From an uncultured Candidatus Saccharibacteria bacterium (GTDB taxonomy: Bacteria; Patescibacteriota; Minisyncoccia; Phycocordibacterales; DATDWN01), in contig CAZQVT010000001.1 of assembly GCA_964596875.1 (NCBI GenBank), forward strand, positions 42,514 to 106,513: a DNA stretch of 64,000 bases, read 5' to 3'. The stretch's first letter is position 1. Each line of letters opens with the position of its first letter. This document shows, piece by piece, positions 27,633 through 36,996 of this stretch. The notes under the pieces were generated by a model that was not told the origin of the DNA, ran no database searches, and was given only the letters and a program-made list of their open reading frames with translations. The position numbers and the translations under genes were made by a program.

Positions 27633-28871
27633 TTATTTTTTTAATTTAATCTCTTCTTGTAATTTAAATACAAGTTCTTCTGGTGTTAGTTCAAACTTTT
27701 CTCCAGATCTAGACTCTAGAGTTACAACTCCTTTTTCTATCTCCTTATCTCCTATTACAATCCAGTAAGGCAATTTATTTGTTTTTGCCTCGCGAACCTT
27801 TGTTCCTAGGTTCTGGTCAGCGTTGTCTAGGTCTGTGCGAAGTCCAGCATTTACCAAAGCCTTGTTTATTTCCTCAGCTTTTTCGTTATGGTTTTCACGA
27901 ACGGGGATAACTTTTACTTGAACTGGTGAAAGCCAAAGAGGCAAGTTTCCTTCAAAGTGTTCAAGTAAAACTGCAGTACATCTTTCTAGTGAGCCTGTTA
28001 TCGCAGAGTGGATCATAACGATTCTTTCTTTTTCACCTTTTTCATTTACGCAAGAAAGGTCAAATCTTTCTGGAAGGTTCATGTCTAGTTGTATTGTTGC
28101 AACTTGCCACTCTCTACCTGCAGAGTTTTTTGCCATGAAGTCTAGTTTTGGTCCGTATAGTGCGGCTTCACCCGGTCCTTCAAAATAGTCTGCTCCACGT
28201 TCCTCTGCGATACTTCTAAGTTCTCCTTCGGCCATATCCCAGATTTCTTTTGTGCCCAAATATTTCTGAGGTTCGCTCATATCTCGGAAAGAAAGTCTTA
28301 CGCGAAGTGTAAACCCGAATGCTTTGTAGAATGTATCAACAATATCCCAGATTTTTAGAAACTCATCTTTGATCTGGTTTGTTCTACAGAAAACGTGCGA
28401 GTCATCTTGTGTAATAGAAAGTACACGAGTAAGTCCGCCTAGTTCACCAGACTGTTCGTCTCTGTAAACCATTGTTGTCTCTGCATATCTTTGTGGCATT
28501 TCTCGGTAAGAGTGAGGTTTTCGAGCAAAAATCTGAGTGTGGTGCGGACAGTTCATTGGCTTCATTGCGTATTCTTTTCCTTCTCGAGAAGTTATTCGGA
28601 AAAGTTCTTCAGAAAATTTATCCCAGTGTCCTGAAGTCTGGTAAAGTTCTTTTTTTGTTATGTGGGGGATAGTTACTCGGCTGTAATTGTGTTTTGAACG
28701 AAGTGACCAAACAAATTTATCTAGCTCTTCACGAATAATACTTCCTTTTGGGGTCCATAAAGGTAGTCCAGGACCAACTAGTTCTGAAAATGTAAATAAG
28801 TCTAGTTCTCTTCCTATGACTCGGTGGTCATTTTTGTCCAAACCAACTTCGTTATTTTTTTCTTCTTTCAT
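27633..28871 (-). CDS. thrS: Threonine-tRNA ligase lacking N-terminal TGS/editing domains
   Basis: DHR.IG.ELDLF, KPMNCPHH, GLTRV, YGPKLD, TIQLD, GSLER. Confidence 0.96.
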   Translation of the reverse strand: MKEEKNNEVGLDKNDHRVIGRELDLFTFSELVGPGLPLWTPKGSIIREELDKFVWSLRSKHNYSRVTIPHITKKELYQTSGHWDKFSEELFRITSREGKEYAMKPMNCPHHTQIFARKPHSYREMPQRYAETTMVYRDEQSGELGGLTRVLSITQDDSHVFCRTNQIKDEFLKIWDIVDTFYKAFGFTLRVRLSFRDMSEPQKYLGTKEIWDMAEGELRSIAEERGADYFEGPGEAALYGPKLDFMAKNSAGREWQVATIQLDMNLPERFDLSCVNEKGEKERIVMIHSAITGSLERCTAVLLEHFEGNLPLWLSPVQVKVIPVRENHNEKAEEINKALVNAGLRTDLDNADQNLGTKVREAKTNKLPYWIVIGDKEIEKGVVTLESRSGEKFELTPEELVFKLQEEIKLKK

Positions 28872-28956
28872 ATTTATTAGCATAGCACAACACTAGGCTT
28901 TTCTGCGATACATTGACATAATCCATAAATGGTTTATTGTGTTTTAGGGGGGGCGC

Positions 28957-29160
28957 ATGACAGGACGCACGGAGAGTGTTGACCTTGCAGCACGGCTGGA
29001 GCAATACGGTTTGACCGAAGAAGATGTCGCGAGACATTTCAGGATTTCGGTCGCTACCGTGCGTGCGTGGTGCGCGACGAAGCAGGTGCCGGTTGGCATC
29101 ACAAACGAAATCTGGATGATTTCGAAGGGCAATCCCACTTCGAGACAACTGGGAGGCTAG
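28957..29160 (+). CDS. Cro/XRE-like helix-turn-helix protein, GC-rich unit 3
   Basis: LTEEDVARHFRISVATVRAW HTH pattern; TTGACA-16-TATTGT promoter and G-rich SD. Confidence 0.7.
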   Translation: MTGRTESVDLAARLEQYGLTEEDVARHFRISVATVRAWCATKQVPVGITNEIWMISKGNPTSRQLGG

Positions 29161-29161
29161 G

Positions 29162-29347
29162 ATGCCTGCAGACGGAGTTGATGACTGGTTGATGTACAAG
29201 GAGCAATTATGGCTCCTGTATTCCGGTGGAAAACTGCGGGTTGACCACCTGGAGACAATCGTGGAACTGGCCAAGGCCGGTCAACTCGATTCGGCACTCA
29301 GGATTTCACCCAAGGTACTCGAGGCGTCGGCCAGGGGCGTGCTCTAG
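29162..29347 (+). CDS. Orphan protein, GC-rich unit 3
   Basis: GGAGG SD; abuts upstream stop. Confidence 0.65.
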   Translation: MPADGVDDWLMYKEQLWLLYSGGKLRVDHLETIVELAKAGQLDSALRISPKVLEASARGVL

Positions 29348-29360
29348 GAGGAGCACTAGA

Positions 29361-29594
29361 ATGAAGCATGGTTTCGGTTCGGGTTTGGGTTTCGATCGCG
29401 AGGTTCGTCTCGCGAAGTTGAAGCATTTCCGGTGGCTCATGGAGACACTCACCATCGGTGCACTGCTTGGTGTGATGTCGCAGGGCGAGTCGGCGGACTC
29501 AGTACTTCGTCTTCCATTCGCAGGTGTGGCGCTGTTGTGCCACATTCTCAACAGGATCCTTGAGCACCTCGAGGGGAGACTGAGGGTCAAGTAG
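29361..29594 (+). CDS. Orphan 2-TM protein, GC-rich unit 3
   Basis: AGGAGG SD; two hydrophobic segments. Confidence 0.65.
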   Translation: MKHGFGSGLGFDREVRLAKLKHFRWLMETLTIGALLGVMSQGESADSVLRLPFAGVALLCHILNRILEHLEGRLRVK

Positions 29595-29760
29595 CAAGTC
29601 CGGGGGCGGGGCATAACCTCCATCCGGTCGATATGTAGTCGCGCACACCTTTCGCCAGGGCGCCGCAGGTGCGGTGCCCGGCTCAAGGTCTTGCGAAGTG
29701 AAATCCGTTACTTCGCACATACGTCGAGTTTTCTCGGCGTTTTATTTTACGCAAAAATGA

Positions 29761-32700
29761 TTACTCCAGTAGTTTTACTTTATCTATAAGTATCGACTTT
29801 TCTCCATTTCGTAGTGAAAAAGTTCCTTTCACTACCACACAACTTTCAGGAATCAAAATATCTTGAAACTCTTCAAAAATTTTTGGGAAAACTACAGCAT
29901 CCACGCTGTCGGACAAATCAGCAAGTTTTAGGAAAATCATTTTTTCTCCCTTTTTAGTCATTACACTTCTAATATTTTCTATTATTCCACCGACAACCAC
30001 TGGCATTTTTTCTTTGCCTGCTTCTTTTATTTTTTTAATATTTGTTTCTCTGCCTTCTAGTTTGTGTTTGTAAGAGTCTAGTGGGTGACCAGAAATATAA
30101 AGTCCCAAAAGTTCTTTTTCCCATAGCAATTGGTCAGCTTTGTTTATAGGTTCTGTTGGATCAAGTTCTATTTCAACTGCTTCTGTTGGTGTAGACATAA
30201 GTGAGAAAAGAGAATCCTGATCGCTTTCTTTACTGCGCTCTTCTTTGTTAAATGCTAAAAGTTTATCTAGGTTAGAAAGTAGTGTTCCGCGGTCACAACC
30301 TTTTGGAGTTATGGATTCTAGCGCTCCCGTTTTGATAAGAGCTTCCATAGACTTTTTATTTAGGTTTTTATCTTTGATGCGTCGCAAAAAGTCTGAAAGA
30401 GACTTGAACTCGCCGTTTGCTTTTCTTTCTTCTACTATGCTGTGACCAATACCTTCACCAAAGTTTTTTATAGTTGTTAGTCCAAAACGTATTTCGTCTG
30501 TGCTGTTTTCATCTTTTTTTAGGTTCACTCCAAAACCTTCAAAAGATTTATTTACATCTGGAGGAAGTACTGGGATGTTCATTCTTTTACATTCGGCGAT
30601 TATTTGCGCAATGGTTTCTGTATCTCCAGACTCGGCAGTAAGTACTGCTGACATATATATAGCAGGGTAGTTTGCTTTCATATATGCGGTTTGGTATGCA
30701 ACTTTTCCGTAACTCGCAGCGTGGGCTTTGTTGAAACCGTAACCCTGGAAAGGTTCAAACAAGTTCCACAACTCTTCGGCAGATTTTTCTGTCATACCTC
30801 CATGAGTTTGGCATCCCTCCACGAACTTTACATGTTGCTTTGCCATTTCTTCACGGATTTTTTTACCCACGGCTTTTCGGAATTTATCTACTTCACCCCA
30901 GTTGTATCCGGCAACTTCTATCGCGGTATACAAAAGGTCGTCCTGGTACACGAGCACACCGAAAGTTTTATCCAAGAAGTTTTTCATTTTTGGGTGGTGA
31001 TACACAATAGGTTTTTTACCATTTTTTCTCGCGATATATTCCTGAATGTTATCCATAGGTCCTGGTCGGTACAGTGCCACCATCACATTTATATCGTGGA
31101 TCACTGTTGGCTTGAGTTCTTTTAGCGCACGTGTCATGCCGTCCCCGTTTAGTTGGAAAAGTCCTTCGGTTTCGCCACGCGCTAGCATTTCAAAAGTTTT
31201 TTTGTCGTCCACTGGAACATTTTCAATATCTACTTTTATCTCTAGTATTCTTTCCACGCGTTTTACCGCATCCGCCAAAATAGAAAGGTTTCGAATGCCC
31301 AAAAAGTCAAACTTCAAAAGTCCTACGCCGTCTTCACCCACATCATTCATGTCGTACTGAGTAATAATTTTGTTGTCGCCTTTGGTATCGTATTGTAGTG
31401 GTACAAAGTCTGTAAGTGGAGTGGGTGAGATCACCACACCGGCTGCGTGCACCGAGATGTGTCGTGCACAACCTTCGATTTTTTTCGCCATATCGATTAT
31501 TTTTCTAACATCCTCCTGTTCCTTGTACATTGTTTTTAGGTCCGGGTTTTCTTTCAGCGCTCTTTCAAGTGTCATCGGGAAACCTTGTGCACCCATAGGA
31601 ACTTGTTTTGCGATAGCATCTCCTAAACTGTACGGGAAACCAAGTGCACGAGTTACGTCGCGCACAGCACCACGAGCCGCCATGGTTCCAAATGTACCGA
31701 TCTGTGCAACTTTATCTATGCCGTATTTACTTCGAGCATAGTCGATCATTTCATCGCGCCTGTTATCGGCGTAGTCCATATCAATATCGGGCGCACTGGG
31801 TCTGTCCGGGTTTAAGAATCTTTCAAACGGTAGTAGGTATTCGATAGGGTTTACGTTTGTAATGTGAGCAAGGTACGTAACGAGCGAGCCAGCAACCGAA
31901 CCTCTAATGGTTGTAAGAATCCCGTGGTCATGTGCGTAGTGGAGCAAATCTCCCACCACCAAAAAGTAAGGCGAGTAACCTTTGTCAGAAATAACTTTGA
32001 GTTCGTAGTTCATACGTTCAAGTAGAGCCGGAGTTTTTTCTAGTTTTCTTTTTTCTATACCTGCTTCTGTTATACGTCGTAGCTCGTCGTCGTAGGATGC
32101 GCCACTTGGCACGACAAAGTTAGGTAGAAACCATTTACCAATAGAAATTTCTACGTTGCATCTGTCTGCAATCTTTTCATTGTTTTCAAGTGCATCTGGT
32201 AGGTCTTTGAAATATTTTTGTGCTTGTTTCTGAGTAATAAAAGAAAAGTCGTCAGTGCCTTCTTCAACTTTCTCGTCATTTTGAGACTGTATCGCGATCA
32301 TTGTTTCGCGAGCGATACGGTCTTCTTTGGAAATATAGTAGACATCGTGGTTTGCAACTATCGGAGTGTTGGTTTTTCTGGCAAACTCCAACATTTTTTT
32401 ACTGTTTTCGTCGTGACCTTTTATTTCTGGATGATGAGTGATCTCTATAAAAAAGTTTGGGGCATCTTTTGTTCCAGCAAAAACTTTTTTGTACCAGTCC
32501 AGTCTCTCCTCGGCTTGCTCCATGTTTCCAGTTTCTAGAGAAGTCAAAATATCGTTTGAAAAAGATGGAGCGATGGCGATAAGTCCTTCGGAATATTTTT
32601 CCAAAAGTTCGCGGTCAATACGGGGTTTGTAGTAGAAACCTTCTAGGTGTGCGAGGGTAACAAGTTGGATCAGGTTTTTGTAACCTTTTTCATTTTCAGC

Positions 32701-32979
32701 AAGCAGAACGAGTCGGTATCTTTGTTTGTCTATTCCAGACTGTTTGTCATGACGACTTCGGTAACAAACATACGCATCTATACCTATAATAGGTTTTATT
32801 TCTTTTTTCTTGCAGGTTTTATAAAACTCGATAGCACCGTATAGGTTGCCGTTGTCAGTTAGTGCAAGGGCAGTCATTTCATTTTTCTTGGCCTCTTCTA
32901 TAAGAGCGTCTATTTTAGGTAGGGCGTTTAGTAGGGAGTAGTGGGAGTGTGTATGTAGGTGGGTAAAACGTGGTGCCAT
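29761..32979 (-). CDS. dnaE: DNA polymerase III alpha subunit
   Basis: FTHLHTHSHYSLL PHP domain, RGSVAGSL, PDIDMD, KFDFLG, YGFNKAHA; leaderless TGCTATAAT before ATG 32979. Confidence 0.97.
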   Translation of the reverse strand: MAPRFTHLHTHSHYSLLNALPKIDALIEEAKKNEMTALALTDNGNLYGAIEFYKTCKKKEIKPIIGIDAYVCYRSRHDKQSGIDKQRYRLVLLAENEKGYKNLIQLVTLAHLEGFYYKPRIDRELLEKYSEGLIAIAPSFSNDILTSLETGNMEQAEERLDWYKKVFAGTKDAPNFFIEITHHPEIKGHDENSKKMLEFARKTNTPIVANHDVYYISKEDRIARETMIAIQSQNDEKVEEGTDDFSFITQKQAQKYFKDLPDALENNEKIADRCNVEISIGKWFLPNFVVPSGASYDDELRRITEAGIEKRKLEKTPALLERMNYELKVISDKGYSPYFLVVGDLLHYAHDHGILTTIRGSVAGSLVTYLAHITNVNPIEYLLPFERFLNPDRPSAPDIDMDYADNRRDEMIDYARSKYGIDKVAQIGTFGTMAARGAVRDVTRALGFPYSLGDAIAKQVPMGAQGFPMTLERALKENPDLKTMYKEQEDVRKIIDMAKKIEGCARHISVHAAGVVISPTPLTDFVPLQYDTKGDNKIITQYDMNDVGEDGVGLLKFDFLGIRNLSILADAVKRVERILEIKVDIENVPVDDKKTFEMLARGETEGLFQLNGDGMTRALKELKPTVIHDINVMVALYRPGPMDNIQEYIARKNGKKPIVYHHPKMKNFLDKTFGVLVYQDDLLYTAIEVAGYNWGEVDKFRKAVGKKIREEMAKQHVKFVEGCQTHGGMTEKSAEELWNLFEPFQGYGFNKAHAASYGKVAYQTAYMKANYPAIYMSAVLTAESGDTETIAQIIAECKRMNIPVLPPDVNKSFEGFGVNLKKDENSTDEIRFGLTTIKNFGEGIGHSIVEERKANGEFKSLSDFLRRIKDKNLNKKSMEALIKTGALESITPKGCDRGTLLSNLDKLLAFNKEERSKESDQDSLFSLMSTPTEAVEIELDPTEPINKADQLLWEKELLGLYISGHPLDSYKHKLEGRETNIKKIKEAGKEKMPVVVGGIIENIRSVMTKKGEKMIFLKLADLSDSVDAVVFPKIFEEFQDILIPESCVVVKGTFSLRNGEKSILIDKVKLLE

Positions 32980-33064
32980 AGAGGGATTATAGCATGTAGT
33001 TTCATCATTTATTTTACTTGAACAATGTAATTTTATGTTGTACTGTGTTTCGGGGAGGTGTTTC

Positions 33065-33343
33065 TTGAGATACCGTTGCATGCTTTGTTGTGATGAGGGC
33101 AAGATCAGGGGTCCGGCTGGGGCAGAGGATTCATTCTGCGGTTGCTTGGAGGGTTCGCGCAGAAAGCGTAACTCTATCCTGGCAAAGAAAGCCGGGGCCA
33201 TTCGTGGTGAGGCGTTGAAGGCAGAAAGGAGTGAGTTGAAGGCTAACAAGACTAGGGCTCACAAAAAGAATCTTAGAAAAGTACCCACCTCGCTTCTTGC
33301 TTACCGACACAAGCTCCATGTGGCAAAGAAGCAACGTCTGTGA
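33065..33343 (+). CDS. Basic Cys-cluster orphan protein, GC-rich unit 4
   Basis: TTGAAC-17-TACTGT, GGAGGTG then TTG; CxxC...CxC; terminator at 33359-33389. Confidence 0.65.
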   Translation: MRYRCMLCCDEGKIRGPAGAEDSFCGCLEGSRRKRNSILAKKAGAIRGEALKAERSELKANKTRAHKKNLRKVPTSLLAYRHKLHVAKKQRL

Positions 33344-33431
33344 GAGGAGTAGGGATGAAGGGCTATCGTGAAACGGTAGTCCTTTGTTGATATACTGCAT
33401 ATGTATGAAATATATTGCAGGAATAGACGAA

Positions 33432-33528
33432 GTGAGAAGTCGCGGGGCGACTTCGCAAGACCTTTTTCAGATATTTTATGAGCTTTGCGAAATAAAATAT
33501 CGAAAAGGTGTACTGTTCCTGTAAGGAA
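33432..33528 (+). repeat. Family D structured element
   Basis: gtgagaagt-stem-acttcgcaagacctt-stem-aaggtgtactg-ttcc-tgtaa-ggaa. Confidence 0.85.
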
Positions 33529-33565
33529 GGTCGAGGTCCACTTTCCATAAAATACAAATACAATA

Positions 33566-34171
33566 ATGAAAAATAGATATGTAGCTGGAATAGATGAGGT
33601 GGGCCGAGGCCCCCTAGCGGGGCCAGTTACTGTGTGTGTGGTTTTGTGCGATGCAGAAGTATACAAAAAACTAAAAAAAAGTAAGTGTCTTCCTAAACTC
33701 GGCAAGGATAGTAAAAAACTAAAAGAAAAAGAAAGGGAAGAGTATTCAAAATATTTAAGTATTTTAAAAAAAGACAGAAAAATAAATTTTTCTATAAACC
33801 ATATTCCAAATACTATTATAGATACAAAAGGTTTGTCGTATGCGATAAACAAAGCAATAAATGAGGGGTTAAAAAAAATTAAGGTTTCTCACAAAAATAC
33901 AGAAATACTTTTAGATGGTGGTCTGAAAGTAAAAGATGTTTTCAAGCAGAAGACTATTATAAAAGGGGATGAAAAAGAAAAAGTCATTGCTTGGGCATCT
34001 ATTTTAGCCAAGGTTTCTCGGGATGAACTTATGAACAAACTATCCAAAAAGTACCCAGAATACGGGCTGGAAGTCCACAAAGGTTACGGCACTCTAAAGC
34101 ATAGGCAGGCAATACAAAAATACGGTGTTTCTAGGGTCCACAGGCTCAGTTTCTGCAAAAACTTATTTTAA
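33566..34171 (+). CDS. rnhB: Ribonuclease HII
   Basis: GIDEVGRGPLAGP, DSKKL, KGD, ASILAKVSRD, HKGYGT. Confidence 0.96.
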   Translation: MKNRYVAGIDEVGRGPLAGPVTVCVVLCDAEVYKKLKKSKCLPKLGKDSKKLKEKEREEYSKYLSILKKDRKINFSINHIPNTIIDTKGLSYAINKAINEGLKKIKVSHKNTEILLDGGLKVKDVFKQKTIIKGDEKEKVIAWASILAKVSRDELMNKLSKKYPEYGLEVHKGYGTLKHRQAIQKYGVSRVHRLSFCKNLF

Positions 34172-34224
34172 ATTTTAATTTGATTTTTGAATAAAATAGT
34201 AATAGTCTGAATCTCGGAGGGCCT

Positions 34225-34461
34225 ATGGCCACAAGACGAGAGATCGAGTTTCAGCCGGTGGTCCCAACCGAACTCCATGTTCACCAGGACCTCCCGGCTG
34301 GACTTTACGAAGTGAAGCCGTCCGCCTTGGGGCACAGGATTTACGTCCTGAAGCGTTACAACGACGAGACATTTCTGATCATCAAGTGGATGCAGGATTT
34401 CCCAATGTTCCACAAGTTCATCATCCTCGAAAACGGTGCCGTGAATGTTCTCACGGCCTGA
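34225..34461 (+). CDS. Orphan protein, GC-rich unit 5
   Basis: TTGATT-17-TAGTCT, GGAGG SD, C/G-ending codons, double hairpin + T7 at 34491-34547. Confidence 0.75.
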   Translation: MATRREIEFQPVVPTELHVHQDLPAGLYEVKPSALGHRIYVLKRYNDETFLIIKWMQDFPMFHKFIILENGAVNVLTA

Positions 34462-34586
34462 ACACGCACACCGTGCGTCTCGTAACCCAGCCTCGTCCCT
34501 AGGGCATTTCGCTCATGGGACGAGGCGCCGGCCTAGCCGGTTTTTTTGTTGCTTTTTTTAGACAAATAGTGTAAAGTAATCCCACT

Positions 34587-34802
34587 ATGGTAGTACGAAT
34601 GCGACATACAAAAAGTCAGAGAAACAGAACAAGATCTCATCACAAGCTTGAGAAACCTTCTGTTACTATGGACAAAAACACATCTGTTCCTCATCTAAGA
34701 CACAGAGCTTCTTTGGTTACTGGTCAATACAGAGGTAGAACAGTTATAGATGTAGCGGCAAAGATTGCTAAAAAGGCAAAAAAAGCTAAGAAAACTTCTT
34801 AA
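34587..34802 (+). CDS. rpmF: 50S ribosomal protein L32 (Cys-less)
   Basis: R.RHTKS.RNRTRSH, PHLRHRA...GQYRGR. Confidence 0.92.
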   Translation: MVVRMRHTKSQRNRTRSHHKLEKPSVTMDKNTSVPHLRHRASLVTGQYRGRTVIDVAAKIAKKAKKAKKTS

Positions 34803-34914
34803 ACTGGACAATCTCTAACGTCTAAAATAAAAACTGGTCGGTCGATGTACTAAATGTACACCTCCCGCCCAGTTTTTATTTTATACGCGACCTTGCCTCA
34901 GGTTAAAAAGTTTT
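34791..34914 (+). repeat. Family A hairpin element, copy 5 (variant apex)
   Basis: cgtctaaa...gtcgatgtactaaatgtacacctc...tatacgcgacctt; internal loop like that of the 46217 copy. Confidence 0.75.
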
Positions 34915-34990
34915 GACACTGTTTTACACATATTTTCTATTTCTACTTTATTTATTTTTTATTCTATTCTATACTGTTACAAACACAGGT

Positions 34991-35902
34991 ATGGCAAACA
35001 GGCACCTTTCAAGATCAATAGTTCTACAATCTCTTTTTGAGAGAGATTTTAATTCTAGGAACTTTGACGAATCTATCGCTATTTTCAAACGTGATGTAGA
35101 AGAGTTTGCTCCGGGTACAAACGATATGTCTTTCATGGAAGGTCTCATGAAGGGTGTTTTGGAAAAGGAAAAAGATATTGATCTTATTATAGAGAAAGCG
35201 GCTCCAGACTGGCCGATAGACAAAATAAATGTGATGGATAGAAACATACTTCGTATTGGTCTGTATGAACTACTTTTTGGTGAGCGTTCACAGGTTCCAC
35301 CAAAGGTTGCTATAAACGAAGCCATAGAACTTTCAAAAGCATTTGGCGGAGAAACTTCTTCAAAGTTTGTAAACGGAGTTTTGGGTGCAGTTTACAAAGA
35401 AATGGGTGAACCAGGCAAAGAAGAAACAAGTAAAGACAAAAACAACAAAAACTTTACAGGAGCACCTGTCGCTGTAGAAAAACTGGGTGGTGCTGTGGTG
35501 TACGCAAAAGACGGCGAGGATATTTATCTTGCGCTTGTTCACGACGTTTTCGGTAGATGGACACTTTCAAAAGGAAAGATAGCAAATACAGAAGAAACAA
35601 AAGGTGAAACTCTAGAAGAGGGTACTGTGAGAGGTATAAAAGAAGAACTAGGACTAGATGTAGAAATAAAAGAAAAACTAGGTGACAACGAATACATCGC
35701 ATACCATCCAGAAAAAGGCAAAATAAAAAAACAAGTCACTTTCTTTTTAGCTGAGTCAAAGTTTGTAGACATAGTTCGCGAAGAAAAAGGCGGACTAGAT
35801 GATGCACGATGGTTTAAACTTGCTGACATAATAGACCTAAACTTTTACAACGATATACTTCCGCTGGTTACAAAGGCTATAAATATTCTACTAAAGAAGT
35901 AA
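34991..35902 (+). CDS. nusB: NusB fused to a C-terminal NUDIX domain
   Basis: RHLSR, DRNILR, VAINEAIELSK.FG, FVNGVL; then WTLSKGK...E......RGIKEELG. Confidence 0.9.
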   Translation: MANRHLSRSIVLQSLFERDFNSRNFDESIAIFKRDVEEFAPGTNDMSFMEGLMKGVLEKEKDIDLIIEKAAPDWPIDKINVMDRNILRIGLYELLFGERSQVPPKVAINEAIELSKAFGGETSSKFVNGVLGAVYKEMGEPGKEETSKDKNNKNFTGAPVAVEKLGGAVVYAKDGEDIYLALVHDVFGRWTLSKGKIANTEETKGETLEEGTVRGIKEELGLDVEIKEKLGDNEYIAYHPEKGKIKKQVTFFLAESKFVDIVREEKGGLDDARWFKLADIIDLNFYNDILPLVTKAINILLKK

Positions 35903-35948
35903 ATTTTGAGGGTGACACATTGCTATTTTTGTGATATATTGCAGGGAC

Positions 35949-36629
35949 ATGGAAGATTTTCAAAAACAAATCGGAATAGAATTTGCTGATAAAAACCTAT
36001 TAAAACAGGCGTTTATTCATCGTTCGTATATAAACGAAAACAAATCTTCAGGACTTTCTCACAACGAAAGATTGGAGTTTTTGGGCGACGCTGTTCTAGA
36101 ACTTGTTATCACAGACTTTTTGTACAAAAAATACGAAGACAAAGCAGAGGGTGAACTAACAGCATACAGGTCAGCTTTGGTAAATGCAGACACTTGTGCG
36201 GGTATTGCAAAAAAACTTGGCATGGAAAGTCTACTACTTTTGTCGAAAGGTGAAAGTAAGGACACTGGCAGAGCAAGACAATACATACTAGCAAATGCAC
36301 TAGAGGCACTTATTGGTGCGATATACCTAGACCAAGGAACAGAAAAGGCTCAACTTTTTATTGAAAACAATTTTACAGGAATGATAGAAAAAATAATTTC
36401 AGAGGGAAGTCATGTAGACAGTAAAAGTTTGTTCCAGGAAAAGTCACAAGAGTTTGAAGGTATTACTCCCGCATACAAAACTATAAAAGAGTCAGGTCCA
36501 GATCACGAAAAGAAATTTACAGTGGGAGTTTATGTTGGAAAAGATTTGATAGCAACAGGTGAAGGAAAGTCTAAACAGGATGCAGAGCAGGTGGCAGCGA
36601 GAGAAGCACTAAAAACAAAAGGCTGGTAA
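35949..36629 (+). CDS. rnc: Ribonuclease III
   Basis: HNERLEFLGDAVL, EALIGAIYLD, dsRBD. Confidence 0.97.
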   Translation: MEDFQKQIGIEFADKNLLKQAFIHRSYINENKSSGLSHNERLEFLGDAVLELVITDFLYKKYEDKAEGELTAYRSALVNADTCAGIAKKLGMESLLLLSKGESKDTGRARQYILANALEALIGAIYLDQGTEKAQLFIENNFTGMIEKIISEGSHVDSKSLFQEKSQEFEGITPAYKTIKESGPDHEKKFTVGVYVGKDLIATGEGKSKQDAEQVAAREALKTKGW

Positions 36630-36706
36630 GGTTTCCAAATTTTTCGAACTTATTTATAACGAGAACGGGGTCGCGACCATGTGGTAGCGACCCCTCCTTG
36701 TTTGTA

Positions 36707-36988
36707 CTACGTGTGGCCGAGTATTGCGAGCCACTTGTTGATCTGCGCGACGATTTTCTGCTTCGCAACCTTCTTTCTCGGTCGGCGACTCATCCACGGA
36801 GTTCTTGTTCTCTGGATTTCGCGTGTGACCTCCTTGTGGACTTCGTTTCGACAGTCCTTGCACGGAGGGCAGAATCCGCCAGGCTTTGAACCGTGCCGTA
36901 CCAGCTCGTCGAAGACCTTGCGATGCCTTCGTTTGCACCTTCTGACGCTGAGGTAGTAGATTCTTTCTTCAACGCTACGGGACGCCAT
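36707..36988 (-). CDS. Basic orphan protein with C/H/CxxC cluster, GC-rich unit 6
   Basis: AGGAG SD; hairpin ggggtcgc/gcgacccc downstream. Confidence 0.7.
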   Translation of the reverse strand: MASRSVEERIYYLSVRRCKRRHRKVFDELVRHGSKPGGFCPPCKDCRNEVHKEVTREIQRTRTPWMSRRPRKKVAKQKIVAQINKWLAILGHT

Positions 36989-36996
36989 CGGTTCTC

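Noticed and set aside
32980-33249. 90-aa N-terminal extension of DnaE in the ORF track
   Set aside because: It is the antisense of GC-rich unit 4; the PHP motif and leaderless promoter place the start at 32979. Similar over-extensions were rejected for gyrB, smc, nusB and transketolase.
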